A stretch of 32,000 nt of DNA, taken from Cenarchaeum sp. (GTDB lineage Archaea > Thermoproteota > Nitrososphaeria > Nitrososphaerales > Nitrosopumilaceae). Below, one piece after another: positions 1-9,689 of the stretch (position 1 is its first letter; each line of letters opens with the position of its first letter). The DNA lies in assembly GCA_965206845.1 (NCBI GenBank), contig OZ242221.1:166690-198689 (forward strand), in the 5' to 3' direction. The notes beneath the pieces were generated by a model. That model searched no databases. It saw only the letters and a list, made by a program, of their open reading frames with translations, and was not told where the DNA came from. Position numbers and translations under genes: made by a program.

Positions 1-3000
1 CTTCTACTTGTCACAAGAGCGTACACAAAGTCGCCGATCCTTGCGGTGGCGACGCCGCATGCGCCGTCAAGCTCCATAAAGCCGTCTTTTCCGTCTCCTA
101 CTGACGAGGCAGCAGCCGGACTGGAGGGATCCGTGATGTTGATTATCTGGACACCGTCGTCGTTTCCGCTTGCCACGAGCGCGTACATAGATCCGCCGAT
201 CCCTGCGATGGCGATGCCGGCGGCGCCGTCAAGCTCCGTAAAGCCCCCCTCCCCGTCGGTCATGGCGGCCACGGCTACTGGGCTAGAGGGGTCCGTAATG
301 TCGATTATCTGAACGCCGTCGTCGTTTCCGCTTGCCACGAGCGCGTACATAGATCCGCCGATCCCTGCGATGGCGATGCCAGCGGCGCCATCAAGCTCCG
401 TAAAGCCCTCCTCCCCGTCGGTCATGGCGGCCACGGCTACTGGGCTAGAGGGGTCCGTAATGTCGATTATCTGAACGCCGTCGTCGTCTTCGCTTGCCAC
501 GAGCGCATACGCAGAGTCGCCGATCCTTGCGGTGGCGATACCGCACGCGCCGTCAAGCTCCGTAAAGCCCTCTTCTTCATCGCTAGCAGACGAGACGGCG
601 GCAGGGGCAAAGGGATCTGTGATGTTGATTATCTGGATACCGTTGTCAGTGGAGCCGGTGACGATGGAGTATGTGCCGGAACCAATTCCAATGATGGCTA
701 CGCCGCATGCGCCGCCAAGATTAGTAAAGCCAGCATCTGCGTCATCCACGGCGGATGCCGGAGTCGGAGATATCGGAATGGTAGTGTCAGTGACGGTTAT
801 GTCAATTGCACGATCAGGAGAGGCGTCAATCGGGTTGTCGTCGGTGCCCGCTACGGCCGATGACGCAATGTCCAGCTGCGCCGTATCCAGCGTGATAACA
901 GACCGGCGTTGCAGCTCGGTCAACCTGACGGTAATTGTGGCAGGGTCACTAGACGCGATCGTTGCCGCCCCTGCCAGCGCAATCCGGTCTGTCTCTCCCA
1001 CATCACTGATGAAAAGTTTGGCCAGATCAACGCCTGTGGAACTGATTGGCTTTGAGAACGTAATCGCAAGGATGCCCGTTACCTCGTCTAGAGTGGCCGA
1101 CAGGAACTCTGGCGGGGATGGGTGGGCAATATCGATTATCTGGATGGCATTGTCCATCTCCGATGCAACAAGGGCGTACAATTTGGTTCCGATTGCCACG
1201 GTGGCTATGTCAGACGCGCCGCCGAGTCCGTCAAACCCGTCCTCGCCGTCGATCGCAGACGCCACGGCAGTCGGGCTGAAAGGGTTTGTGATGTCTATTA
1301 CCTGCACGCCCCCGTCAGTGGCCGATGCGACAAAGGCGTACGTGGAGGAGCCGATTGCAACAGCAGCGATTCCGCGCGCTCCGGCAAGCTCGTCAAACCC
1401 GTCCCTGTCGTCGCTCACAGACGAGACGGCGACCGGATCTGAGGCATTCGTGATGTCGATTATTTGGACGCCGCTATCATACTCCGACGCGACAAGGGCA
1501 TAAGTGGAGGAGTCGATTGTGACTGTGGTGATTCCGGACGCGCCGGCAAGCTCGTCAAACCCACCAATTCTGTCACTCACAGACGAGACGGCGGCCGGGC
1601 TGGAGGGATTCGTGATGTCGATTATCTGGACGCCGTCATCGGCGTACGACGCGACGAGGGCGTACGTGGAGGCGCCGATTGTAACTGCAGCGATTCCGCG
1701 CGCGCCGGCAAGCTCGTCAAACCCGCCTTCCCCATCGGTGACAGACGCGGTTGCCGCCGGGCTGGAGGGATCCGTGACGTCGATTATCTGGACGCCGTCA
1801 TCGGCGTACGACGCGACGAGGGCGTACGTTCTGGCGCCTATCGTAACTGCAACGATGTCGGCCGCGCCGTCAAGCTCGTCAAACCTTCCCATTCCATCGG
1901 TGGCAGACGCCACGGTAGCGGGGTTGAAGGGATCCGTGACGTTGATTATCTGGACGCTGCTGTCCCAGTACGACGCGACGAGGGCATAGGTTAAGGCGCC
2001 GTCTGTGACCGTGGTGATGCCCCTGGCGCCGACAAGCCTTGTGAATCCAGCTATGTCGGCAACAGACGCGGTAGCGGCCGGGCTGGAGGGATCCGTGATG
2101 TCGATTATCTGAACGCCATCGTCGTAGACCGACGCGACGAGGGCATACGTCCCAGCTCCTATTGTGGCAACGGCAATGCCCCTAGCCCCGCGAAGCTCGT
2201 CAAAGCCATCCCGACCATCGGTTGCAGACGCCACGGCGGCCGGTGGAACAAACATGTACTCCAAGGCGTCGTCATATGCGGCCGGGATAACCGGTAGCCC
2301 GACAGGCGACAGTGGGTTGCCTGCAGCATCGGTAATGCCGTGGTCGGCAGAGACGTTTATGACAACCGGGAGGTTCGCGGGCACGGGATCGAAGATAAGG
2401 GTAACGGTGCTGTCGTTGTTGTCGGTTGCCGCTCCCACTGTCACGGAAGATCCGCCCGAGTCGGTGACGGCAAAGTCATCTCGGGTAATCCCGCCGAGGT
2501 GTTCGGAGAACGTCAGGACGACCCTGGACGGGGATCGGGCAACCGCAGAGACTAGTGCCGGCGCCTCGCCGTCATGGGCAAGTGAGATTATCTGGATGCC
2601 GTCACCTGTGGATGATGCGACAATGGCGTACGCTGCAGAATTTACTGTGACAGCGGTTATGTCAGCCGCGCCGTCGAGCCTGTCAAACCCACCCGCGCCG
2701 TCGGTCGCAGACGCAACGGCGGACGGGTCGGATGGATCCGTGACGTTGATCATCTGTACACCGTCGTCGTGTAGCGATGAGACTAGAACATACGTCAAGG
2801 AGTCGATTGTGATTGTGGCAATGCCGTGCGCCCCGTCAAGCTCGTCAAACCCGCCCTCGCCGTCGGTTGCTGATGCCACGGTGGCCGGGCTGGCAGGATC
2901 CGTGACGTTGATTATCTGGATGCCGTCGTCCCAGTGTGATGCGACAAGGGCGTACGTTGAGAGGCCGACTGCGACAACGGTAATGTCGTGCACGCCGTCA

Positions 3001-3797
3001 AGCCCGTCAAATTCACCTTTACCATCGGTTACCGATGCCACGGCGGCCGGACGGGTAGGATCCGTGATGTTGATTATCTGGATGCCGTCGTCGGTAAACG
3101 ACGCGACGAGCGCATAAGTCTTGGCGCCGATCCTTGCGGTGGCGACGGCGCTTGCGCCGTCAAGCTCGTCAAACTCGCCCACACCATCGGTGGCAGACGC
3201 TACGGCGACCGGACGGGCAGGATTCGTGATATCGATTATCTGGATGCCGTCATCGGTAAACGACGCGACAAGCGCATAAGTTCTGGCACCAATTTTTGCC
3301 GTGTCGATGCCCCGCGCGCCGGCAAGCACGTCAAACCCGTCCACACCATCGGTGGCAGACGCTACGGCGACCGGACGGGCAGGATTCGTGATATCGATTA
3401 TCTGGATGCCGTCATCGGTAAACGACGCGACAAGGGCGTACGTTCCGGCGCCGATCGCAACAGTAGCAATATCTGACGCGTTGTCAAGCTCGTCAAATCC
3501 ATCCACACCATCGGTGACAGATGCGGCGGCTACCGGGCGGGCAGGATCCGTGATATCGATTATCTGGATGCCGTCATCAGCGTATGATGCCACAAGGATG
3601 TACGTCTTGGTGCCAACCGTGACGGTGGCAGTGCCCCACGCTCCATCAAGCTCGTCAAACCCACCTTCCCCGTCGGCTGCGGACGCCACAGCCGACAGGC
3701 CTGGGGGGTCGGGTGTGGCAAACGCGCCACCCGGCAGTCCCGCCAGCATCAGAGCAGACGTTAGCAGTAGACAGGCCTTTGCTGTTATGATCTGCAT
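1..3797 (-). CDS. Giant secreted cell-surface protein, partial (C-terminus beyond the window start). Signal peptide, then LVIVD-like beta-propeller repeats interrupted by two Ig-like (SbsA/Big_5-type) linker domains.
   Basis: Hand translation of the minus strand from the ATG at 3797-3795 gives MQIITAKACLLLTSALMLAGLPGGAFATPDPP..., followed by units such as GTYILVASYADDGIQIIDITDPARP and GTYALVASFTDDGIQIIDITNP. An in-frame stop lies at 3837-3839 and there is no other start between it and 3797. The track lists no complete minus-strand ORF in 1-3797, as expected if this frame stays open to the window edge. 'gattatctgg' (the QII(D) codons on the minus strand) recurs with a ~162-nt period. Linkers translated by hand: ...PALVSAVARSPSRVVLTFSEHLGGITRDDFAVTDSGGSSVTV...ITDAAGNPL and ...LSATLDEVTGILAITFSKPISS...AVAGTDDNPI. 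Confidence 0.85.
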   Translation of the reverse strand, partial: MQIITAKACLLLTSALMLAGLPGGAFATPDPPGLSAVASAADGEGGFDELDGAWGTATVTVGTKTYILVASYADDGIQIIDITDPARPVAAASVTDGVDGFDELDNASDIATVAIGAGTYALVASFTDDGIQIIDITNPARPVAVASATDGVDGFDVLAGARGIDTAKIGARTYALVASFTDDGIQIIDITNPARPVAVASATDGVGEFDELDGASAVATARIGAKTYALVASFTDDGIQIINITDPTRPAAVASVTDGKGEFDGLDGVHDITVVAVGLSTYALVASHWDDGIQIINVTDPASPATVASATDGEGGFDELDGAHGIATITIDSLTYVLVSSLHDDGVQMINVTDPSDPSAVASATDGAGGFDRLDGAADITAVTVNSAAYAIVASSTGDGIQIISLAHDGEAPALVSAVARSPSRVVLTFSEHLGGITRDDFAVTDSGGSSVTVGAATDNNDSTVTLIFDPVPANLPVVINVSADHGITDAAGNPLSPVGLPVIPAAYDDALEYMFVPPAAVASATDGRDGFDELRGARGIAVATIGAGTYALVASVYDDGVQIIDITDPSSPAATASVADIAGFTRLVGARGITTVTDGALTYALVASYWDSSVQIINVTDPFNPATVASATDGMGRFDELDGAADIVAVTIGARTYALVASYADDGVQIIDVTDPSSPAATASVTDGEGGFDELAGARGIAAVTIGASTYALVASYADDGVQIIDITNPSSPAAVSSVSDRIGGFDELAGASGITTVTIDSSTYALVASEYDSGVQIIDITNASDPVAVSSVSDDRDGFDELAGARGIAAVAIGSSTYAFVASATDGGVQVIDITNPFSPTAVASAIDGEDGFDGLGGASDIATVAIGTKLYALVASEMDNAIQIIDIAHPSPPEFLSATLDEVTGILAITFSKPISSTGVDLAKLFISDVGETDRIALAGAATIASSDPATITVRLTELQRRSVITLDTAQLDIASSAVAGTDDNPIDASPDRAIDITVTDTTIPISPTPASAVDDADAGFTNLGGACGVAIIGIGSGTYSIVTGSTDNGIQIINITDPFAPAAVSSASDEEEGFTELDGACGIATARIGDSAYALVASEDDDGVQIIDITDPSSPVAVAAMTDGEEGFTELDGAAGIAIAGIGGSMYALVASGNDDGVQIIDITDPSSPVAVAAMTDGEGGFTELDGAAGIAIAGIGGSMYALVASGNDDGVQIINITDPSSPAAASSVGDGKDGFMELDGACGVATARIGDFVYALVTSR
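154..477. repeat. Two near-identical 162-bp tandem units (154-315 and 316-477) inside the giant repeat gene.
   Basis: Direct alignment by eye shows only 3 mismatches in 162 nt (g/a, g/a, c/t). Flanking units (1-153 and 478-640) are clearly more diverged. Confidence 0.9.
3181..3434. repeat. A 92-nt segment repeated identically at a 162-nt offset (3181-3272 = 3343-3434) inside the giant repeat gene.
   Basis: acaccatcggtggcagacgctacggcgaccggacgggcaggattcgtgatatcgattatctggatgccgtcatcggtaaacgacgcgacaag occurs twice without a mismatch. Confidence 0.9.
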
Positions 3798-4360
3798 GGC
3801 ATCACCCGTTAGACGGATCCCGCGATCCTGTCGGCACTAGGTGCGGTGATGCGTCTTGAATGCCTGCGCGTTCCTGTTGTGGCCGCCCACCTGGATCCTG
3901 CAGGATCCATTCCGATACAACCAGGAAATGCAAGACAGAGCCAGCTCTGATCTGGTCTGTGCTGCCCTGCCAGAACCCGTGAAGGCCTGTCCCAAGAGTA
4001 GAGAATGTGCAAAACAATGGGTGCTGTGTACAATACTGCAAGGCCGGATCAATCATGCGTTGTATAATACGCATATGACTCTTGTGTGAGTGGAAGCTCA
4101 GATGACGGCCCTTGGACGCCATTTGTGTATTTTGCTGCCTACAGCATTCCGATCAAAGATCCGCAGAGCTGATCCGACAGATCGTCGCACATGCCAAGGC
4201 CCAGTGTGAAGCACTCGGCTTGGCCAGAAGGCGCTCTGCAGTCTTTTGATCTCCAACCATATCGCTGCCCAGGCACAGAACGCAGCTCGCTTTCACAGCT
4301 GAAAACGGCATAGACAGCGCTCAGCACACACCAGATGGTTCGGCGGCTGGCAAAGGTGTT

Positions 4361-4445
4361 GTTTCTAAATTCGGGTTTAGAAACATGTGAATATTTGACT
4401 GGTTGCCAGTGTGGATGATATTTCTAAATTCGGGTTTAGAAACAT
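4361..4445 (+). repeat. Two copies (A 4361-4386, B 4420-4445) of a ~25-nt palindromic repeat, TTTCTAAATTCGGGTTTAGAAACAT, separated by a ~34-nt unique spacer.
   Basis: The shared 25 nt are identical (4362-4386 and 4421-4445). Internal dyad GTTTCTAAA/TTTAGAAAC gives a 9-bp stem and 6-nt loop. Copy B ends 6 nt from the stop of the minus-strand gene at 4452. Confidence 0.85.
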
Positions 4446-4451
4446 ACCGGG

Positions 4452-4856
4452 TTATCGGTCATTTGGCTTCGGCTCGGGCAGCACAAAGACACTGCTTGGC
4501 TTGATCCTTAAAATGATCCTTTTTTCGCCATCGCGCCTGAACGGATAGTCACGTCCCATATACTGCTGCGCAAGCCTGTCTGCATGTTTGTAGTCATAGT
4601 CTGGGATTATCTCCTCAACCGTTCCACGAACCGCCACCGTGTCAAGTGAGTTGCCACTTGATACCACGGAAACGGCCACCCTGGGATCCCGCACGACGTT
4701 TCTGTGCTTTATCCTTCCCTCGGCAGTATTCACCAGAATGTGTCCGTCCTCGTAGTCTGCCCAGACCGGAGTGACCTGTGGGGAGCCGTCTTTCATGACA
4801 GTTGCGATAAAGACAAGGTTCTTCCCAGAAAACAACTTTACGGCCTTTTCATCCAT
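4452..4856 (-). CDS. Pyridoxamine 5'-phosphate oxidase-like (PPOX-class, FMN/F420-binding split-barrel) protein.
   Basis: The ORF 4452..4901 translates to ...MDEKAVKLFSGKNLVFIATVMKDGSPQVTPVWADYEDGHILVNTAEGRIKHRNVVRDPRVAVSVV..., the typical PPOX split-barrel pattern. I prefer the internal ATG at 4856 because the first 15 residues (MDPLQAWRGCCTVNP) lie over an A-rich promoter-like stretch. The longest form starts at 4901. Confidence 0.8.
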   Translation of the reverse strand: MDEKAVKLFSGKNLVFIATVMKDGSPQVTPVWADYEDGHILVNTAEGRIKHRNVVRDPRVAVSVVSSGNSLDTVAVRGTVEEIIPDYDYKHADRLAQQYMGRDYPFRRDGEKRIILRIKPSSVFVLPEPKPNDR

Positions 4857-4997
4857 TGGATTCACCGTACAGCAACCGCGCCATGCCTGTAACGGATCCA
4901 TGTTTTTTATTACTCTTTCTTATGCACCTGCCAGAAATACGCAACTGCGGGGCTCTTCGACATGTGTGCCAGTGTCCGTACCCATGCTTCATTACAA

Positions 4998-5007
4998 GTA
5001 TATATAC
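4998..5007 (+). promoter_or_regulatory. TATA box (GTATATATAC) for the gene starting at 5031.
   Basis: Centred about 28 nt upstream of the TTG start at 5031, the archaeal TATA-to-TSS distance. This implies a leaderless mRNA. Confidence 0.45.
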
Positions 5008-5030
5008 AGATGCCATAAAGCTACGCACTA

Positions 5031-5516
5031 TTGGTACGCATAGGACTCATTATAGTCGTCGGTGTACTCATGGCATCCATGGGAAGCGCCCTATATGCGT
5101 ACACTATCTACCAGCCCGTCATCAAGACTGTAGACTATGGCAAACCTGTACGTGTAGGTCCTGTAGAGTACGTTATCACGTACGAGAAGCAGTTCGACGG
5201 GGACAAGGACATCAAGCCGGAGCATACCTTTTTCCAGATACGAATCGATGCAAAGAACCTAGCCCAGGAGCCTACCCCGATCAGCGGAATACAGTTTGTC
5301 CTGATCGATGAAAACGGAACCAGGAGCAGTCCCGTTCACGGCGGTTTCTCCAGCGAGGATCTGCTGTTCCACACGCTTACCCCGCAGAACACTGCCACGT
5401 TCACCACCCAGTTTGACATCCCAATCGACGAAGATGCCACATACTACGTGGGAATCCAGCCAAGAAAGGAGCAGTCCTCACGGGACATTGGCAATATCTG
5501 CGTCCTCAACTGCTAG
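5031..5516 (+). CDS. Membrane-anchored hypothetical protein (N-terminal TM helix plus beta-rich extracellular domain).
   Basis: 161-aa ORF with a TTG start. N-terminus is MVRIGLIIVVGVLMASMGSALYAY (hydrophobic anchor), followed by a beta-strand-like domain (VEYVITYEKQF...FFQIRIDAKNL...IQFVLIDENG...ATYYVGIQP). TATA box at -28. Confidence 0.7.
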   Translation: MVRIGLIIVVGVLMASMGSALYAYTIYQPVIKTVDYGKPVRVGPVEYVITYEKQFDGDKDIKPEHTFFQIRIDAKNLAQEPTPISGIQFVLIDENGTRSSPVHGGFSSEDLLFHTLTPQNTATFTTQFDIPIDEDATYYVGIQPRKEQSSRDIGNICVLNC

Positions 5517-5686
5517 GCCTACCGCCAGTTGTACAGTATGACGGCAGCGGCCAGTCCAAGAAGCACAAATCCGATCCACCAAGGCACGTTTTTTGGCTTG
5601 CCCGACGAAAAGATGGAGCCTTTTCCACTGTTCGGGCGCATGCCACACAATACACGCCAAATGATTTAACGGTTGACATAAACACC

Positions 5687-5879
5687 ATTTCTAAACTCGA
5701 GATTAGAAATGTTGTAAACACCATCCTGGCAAGCTGCTGGCGCGGGCAATATTTCCAAACTCGAGACTAGAGGCATCGCTGCGTCATACGGGACCCCACC
5801 AGACATGAATGGCACCCCACACACTAGGATCAGGAGCTGCTGGCGCGAATAATATTTCCAAGCTCGAGATTGGAAACAT
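5687..5879 (+). repeat. Three further, diverged copies of the palindromic repeat: C 5687-5712, D 5751-5776 and E 5854-5879.
   Basis: C is ATTTCTAAACTCGAGATTAGAAATGT, D is ATTTCCAAACTCGAGACTAGAGGCAT and E is ATTTCCAAGCTCGAGATTGGAAACAT. All run in the same orientation as copies A and B. D and E also share the upstream flank AGCTGCTGGCGCG(G/A)(G/A)(C/T)AAT. They lie between two convergent gene ends (5516 and 5927). Confidence 0.8.
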
Positions 5880-5926
5880 TACGGAATCGTGCTACATTAC
5901 TGGACGTGCTGCGCTTCGGCATTTCC

Positions 5927-8900
5927 CTATTCGGGTGCTATGGCCACGTAAGCAGGAGGTATGTCTGCAACATTTACCGGGGATGATGGATCAGATATGT
6001 CAACTATTGGGGAGTTGATGCCATCCCGCATCAGGGACAGTACAAGAGTGTAGGAGTCCGTCTGCACTACATCGACGTCGATTACTCCGTAGATGGTGGT
6101 ACCGCCAAGACCAGTACCCGTCACGCTCAGGCCTACGGGGGATTCTGGATCTGTAATGTCGATTATCTGGAAGCTGTCCTTCTTACTTGAGGCCACTACG
6201 TACGCGCCGTCTCCTATGAGCACAGTATGCACGCTCTCGACTGCGTTCATGTAAGTGCCCGTCTCATGCCCCTGCAGGCTGGAGAGCCGGACCGGGTTGT
6301 ACGGATCCGAGATGTCCACTATGATGACGGCATCCATCCGGTAGCCCACCGCTACCAACAGTGTCTGCTCACCCACCTTTATGGTGTCCGAGTCCGTAAC
6401 AGAGTACAGTAGATCGTATCCCCCCTCCCCGCCTCGGATTATAGATGCAGGTCGTGGGTCTACAGGGTTGGTGATGTCGATTATCTGTACGCTGCTGTCT
6501 CCAAAGCTTGACACTACGGCAAACGTTCTGCTCCCTATTTTCACAGTATCGACATCCTCGGCACCGATAAGCTCAAAGCCATTCTCGCCGTGTCCGACAG
6601 TGGCGATCGAGAACGGCGCCGTTGGATCGTTCATGTATATCACGTGAAACGTATTGTCAAACGGTGACGCCGTTACGGCATACCACACATCGGAGATCTT
6701 GACCAGCTCCACATCCACCGGACTGGCAAGCCTGTCAAAGCTCCCTTCCCCGTCCCGTATGACAGATACCGGCACCGGCCTTGCAGGGTCACTCACATCC
6801 ACCACCTGTATCACGCTGTCCCGGAACCCGGCCACCAATGCGTACTGCCTGCCGTCTATTGCCCCCACATCGATTGCAGCAGGCCCTGCCACCTCAAATC
6901 CATCGTGTCCGTCCCGGATCGTGTATACCGGAACGGGCCGGGTCGGGTCGGTGATCTCAGTTACGCGGATCACGTCCTGCGAGTATACAGACGAGAGCGC
7001 GTACGTCCGGCCATCCGCCGTCACCGACTCTACTCCCTCAGGCCCGAATAGCTGCCATACGCTGTCCGGTCCTGAGACCAAGGCAGATACGGATATGGGA
7101 GATGACGGGTTCGTTATATCCACTATCTGCATGCTGTCCCCAAACGTGTTGATCACCACAGCATAGGCGCGCCCCTCCGTCGAGACGACCGATACGTCCA
7201 CCGGACCGGACAGATCCTCAAAGGTGTTGGGTCCGTTTACCATCGCAGAGACTGCCACCGGCGATGCCGGATCCGAGATGTCAATTATCTGCACAGAGTT
7301 GCCGGGCTCGCTTGTTACCAGCGCGTAGGTGCTGCCGGCGATGGCTGCCACATCCAGACTCTTTGAGCCCACCATGTGGACTATGCCGCCTTGGTCGTTT
7401 TGGAGCTGGGAGGCCATAACCGGCGAGTAGGGGTCAGATATGTCTATTACAGTAACCGTGTCGTCATAAGATCCCACCACCACTGCATAAGTGCCGTCTC
7501 CGATCCTGGCCGTCTGGACATCCTGGATCCCGCCGATCTCGTAGCCGTCCTGTCCATCAAATATGGAGGCTGCCGGAACAGGAGAGAGTATATCAGTAAT
7601 GTCTGTTATCTGTAGCGCCTCGTCGTAATAGCCAGTTGACAGGATGTAGGTGGAGCCGTCGATGGAAGCTGTATCGATTCTGAGGGTACCTGTGAGTGCA
7701 TCAAAGCCGTACTGGTCGTCGTGCATGGATATCACAGGTTCTGGAACATGCGGATCGGTAATGTCGATTATCTGTATGCCGTTCTCATAGTGGCTCGATA
7801 CGACAGCATACGTACTCTGACCCATCTCCACGGCGACAATGTGAGCAGGCGCAAACAGCGTTTCAAGGTCGCCCACACTGCTGACCAGCGCTGGTTTTGC
7901 GGGCTCGGTCACGTCCAGTATCGCCACGGTGTTGCTGCGGATGTTTGGGATCAGGGCATAGGTGCTGCCGCCGATCTCCGCTATCTCCACATCGTTTGGA
8001 CCGTAAAACTCCCCATACCCGTACTGGCCCCCGGTTATGCCGGCAACCGGTGTCGGGCTTGATGGATCCGTAATGTCGACAATTTCAATGGCATTGGCTG
8101 CAAAGTTTGCAACCATGGCATACAGGCGGCCATCTATGGTAACAGTGTCCATACCAACCGGGTCGTAGAGGCCCGTGCCGTCCCGCACATATGCTGGGAT
8201 CGGGGATTGCGGGTTGGTGACATCCAGCATGAACATGGTCTTGCCTGCCAGCATTACCCAGAGTCTGCCGTCTGATGACACTCCGCTTATGCCGTCAAAG
8301 CTGTTGGCATCAAACAGATCGGTGCCTGACAGGTAGAGTGGGGAGGCCGGATCGGCGATATCCACCACGTGTATCCGCTGGGAGTCCAGTATCAGGGCAT
8401 AGGATCTTCCGTCTGCGGCAAGTATGTCCATGTCAGTTATCCCGGCAAACCCGTACTCCATTACAGTTATCGGGGCCGGAGCGGAGGGATCCGAGAGATC
8501 CGCTACCTGTACGGCGTCGGTGCCGGCAATGAGTGCAAGGGCGCTCTCCCCGGTCACCAAGATCTCGATATCCACCAGATCGGTAATCGCCTCAAAGCCG
8601 TACTGGCCGTGCCTGATGACGGACTTGGCAGACGGGTCGAGTGGATCGGTAAAGTCTGCCACTTGGACGGCATCGACGCTTGAGACCAACACGTATGTCC
8701 TATCGCCTATGGAAAACTGCTCTATCTCCTGTCCTTCCTCTAGAGCAAAGAAGCTCCACACTCCGTCCCTGATCTCTCCTACAGGCGCCGGGGCTTTCGG
8801 ATCCGTCACATCAACTATCTGAACCGTGTCACCTGCAGTCAGCAGTGCATACGAGCCGCCGCCGGTCTGGATGACCTCGATGTCTGACACGGCAAGCTCC

Positions 8901-9236
8901 CCTGCCGTCCCAGGCAGAACCGACACGGTTGCCGGCCAGTATGGCTCTGCGATGTCCACTACGTGCAGGGTGCTGTTTTCTGAGCTGACCGCAAGCAGGT
9001 AGGGGCGTCCGTCTATGTATGATATCTGCATGTCTGCTGCCTCGAACCCGGATATCTCTGCCACCTTCAGGGGGGTGTGTGGCAGCGTGACATCCATTAC
9101 CCTGATCGGCCCGTCGCCTGCAAGGGCGTAGGTGCGACCATCTGCCTCCAGCACGGTCTCGGCGTGGGCCGCTGCCGGCATCGCGGCGACTGCCAGCAGC
9201 AGGATCGCAGCAACAAAAGTCCTCACGGGTATGGGT
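5927..9236 (-). CDS. Giant secreted LVIVD-like beta-propeller repeat protein (21 repeat units).
   Basis: The ORF 5927..9334 has 21 cores of the type VQIIDITDP(S/A)xP by my count (IRVMDVTLPHTP ... SPIVDISDPSSP). Signal-peptide-like RTFVAAILLLAVAAMPAAAHA|ETV follows a GTG at 9236, which I take as the likely start. The longest ORF begins at a GTG at 9334. AT-rich TATA-like boxes lie at 9241-9303. Confidence 0.9.
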
Positions 9237-9317
9237 TGCAGATATAATGCTATTATATTTGTCGGCTCTGTCGCATTATTTGTCTCCGCCAGGTAATTAT
9301 ATCCCCGGCGATCCCGC

Positions 9318-9689
9318 GTGTGTGAACCGCACACTAGTTGGAATCATTGCTGGCCTGGTGATAGCAATCGCAGGGCATACTTTGTTGAAGCCACAGAGGA
9401 GCTGCTTGAAGAACAGGGCATGGTTAAAGGCCCGCTCTTTTTGATTGCAGCGATAGCGTATGTTATAGTCGCGGTTTGGCTGCCCGTAAAAAGGAGCATC
9501 GCGCCAACAGTTGTAGCGCTGGCCGGAACCATGGGCCTAGCAGTGCCGTATGCTATAACAAGAGCCGATCCGGCTGCGGCGTTTGGAATGGAGACAGAAT
9601 GCATCGGACACCCCGGAATGGCCTCAAAGATCATTCAAGTTGGAGTTGTCCTAAGCACTGCGACAGCATTGCCTCAAGGAAAAAAATAG
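9318..9689 (+). CDS. Possible small integral membrane protein.
   Basis: The ORF contains three hydrophobic segments (GPLFLIAAIAYVIVAVWLPV, IAPTVVALAGTMGLAVPYAI, IIQVGVVLSTATAL). An internal ATG at 9420 (MVKGPLF...) is an alternative start. No homology recognised. The antisense ORF 9344..9634 is less protein-like. Confidence 0.4.
   Translation: MCEPHTSWNHCWPGDSNRRAYFVEATEELLEEQGMVKGPLFLIAAIAYVIVAVWLPVKRSIAPTVVALAGTMGLAVPYAITRADPAAAFGMETECIGHPGMASKIIQVGVVLSTATALPQGKK

Noticed and set aside
46-3840. Many long plus-strand ORFs (for example 532..1503 at 323 aa, 2164..3117 at 317 aa, 3301..3840 at 179 aa) across the first 3.8 kb.
   Set aside because: Their translations are repetitive Ala/Ser/Pro/Thr-rich strings (…APSSSSNPPSPSVADATAAG…) that mirror the repeat period. 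The minus strand reads as a continuous signal-peptide-plus-propeller protein. They are antisense shadow ORFs of a GC-rich repeat gene.
3840-4360. Several 60-106-aa ORFs on both strands between the giant gene's start and the palindromic repeats.
   Set aside because: They overlap one another in multiple frames, have odd composition (Cys/Trp/Arg-rich), and show no start context or recognisable motif. The region is more likely non-coding 5' regulatory DNA of the giant gene.
6227-8822. Plus-strand ORFs of 60-170 aa inside 5927..9334.
   Set aside because: They are antisense to a well-supported 1100-aa repeat protein, with low-complexity, shadow-like composition.
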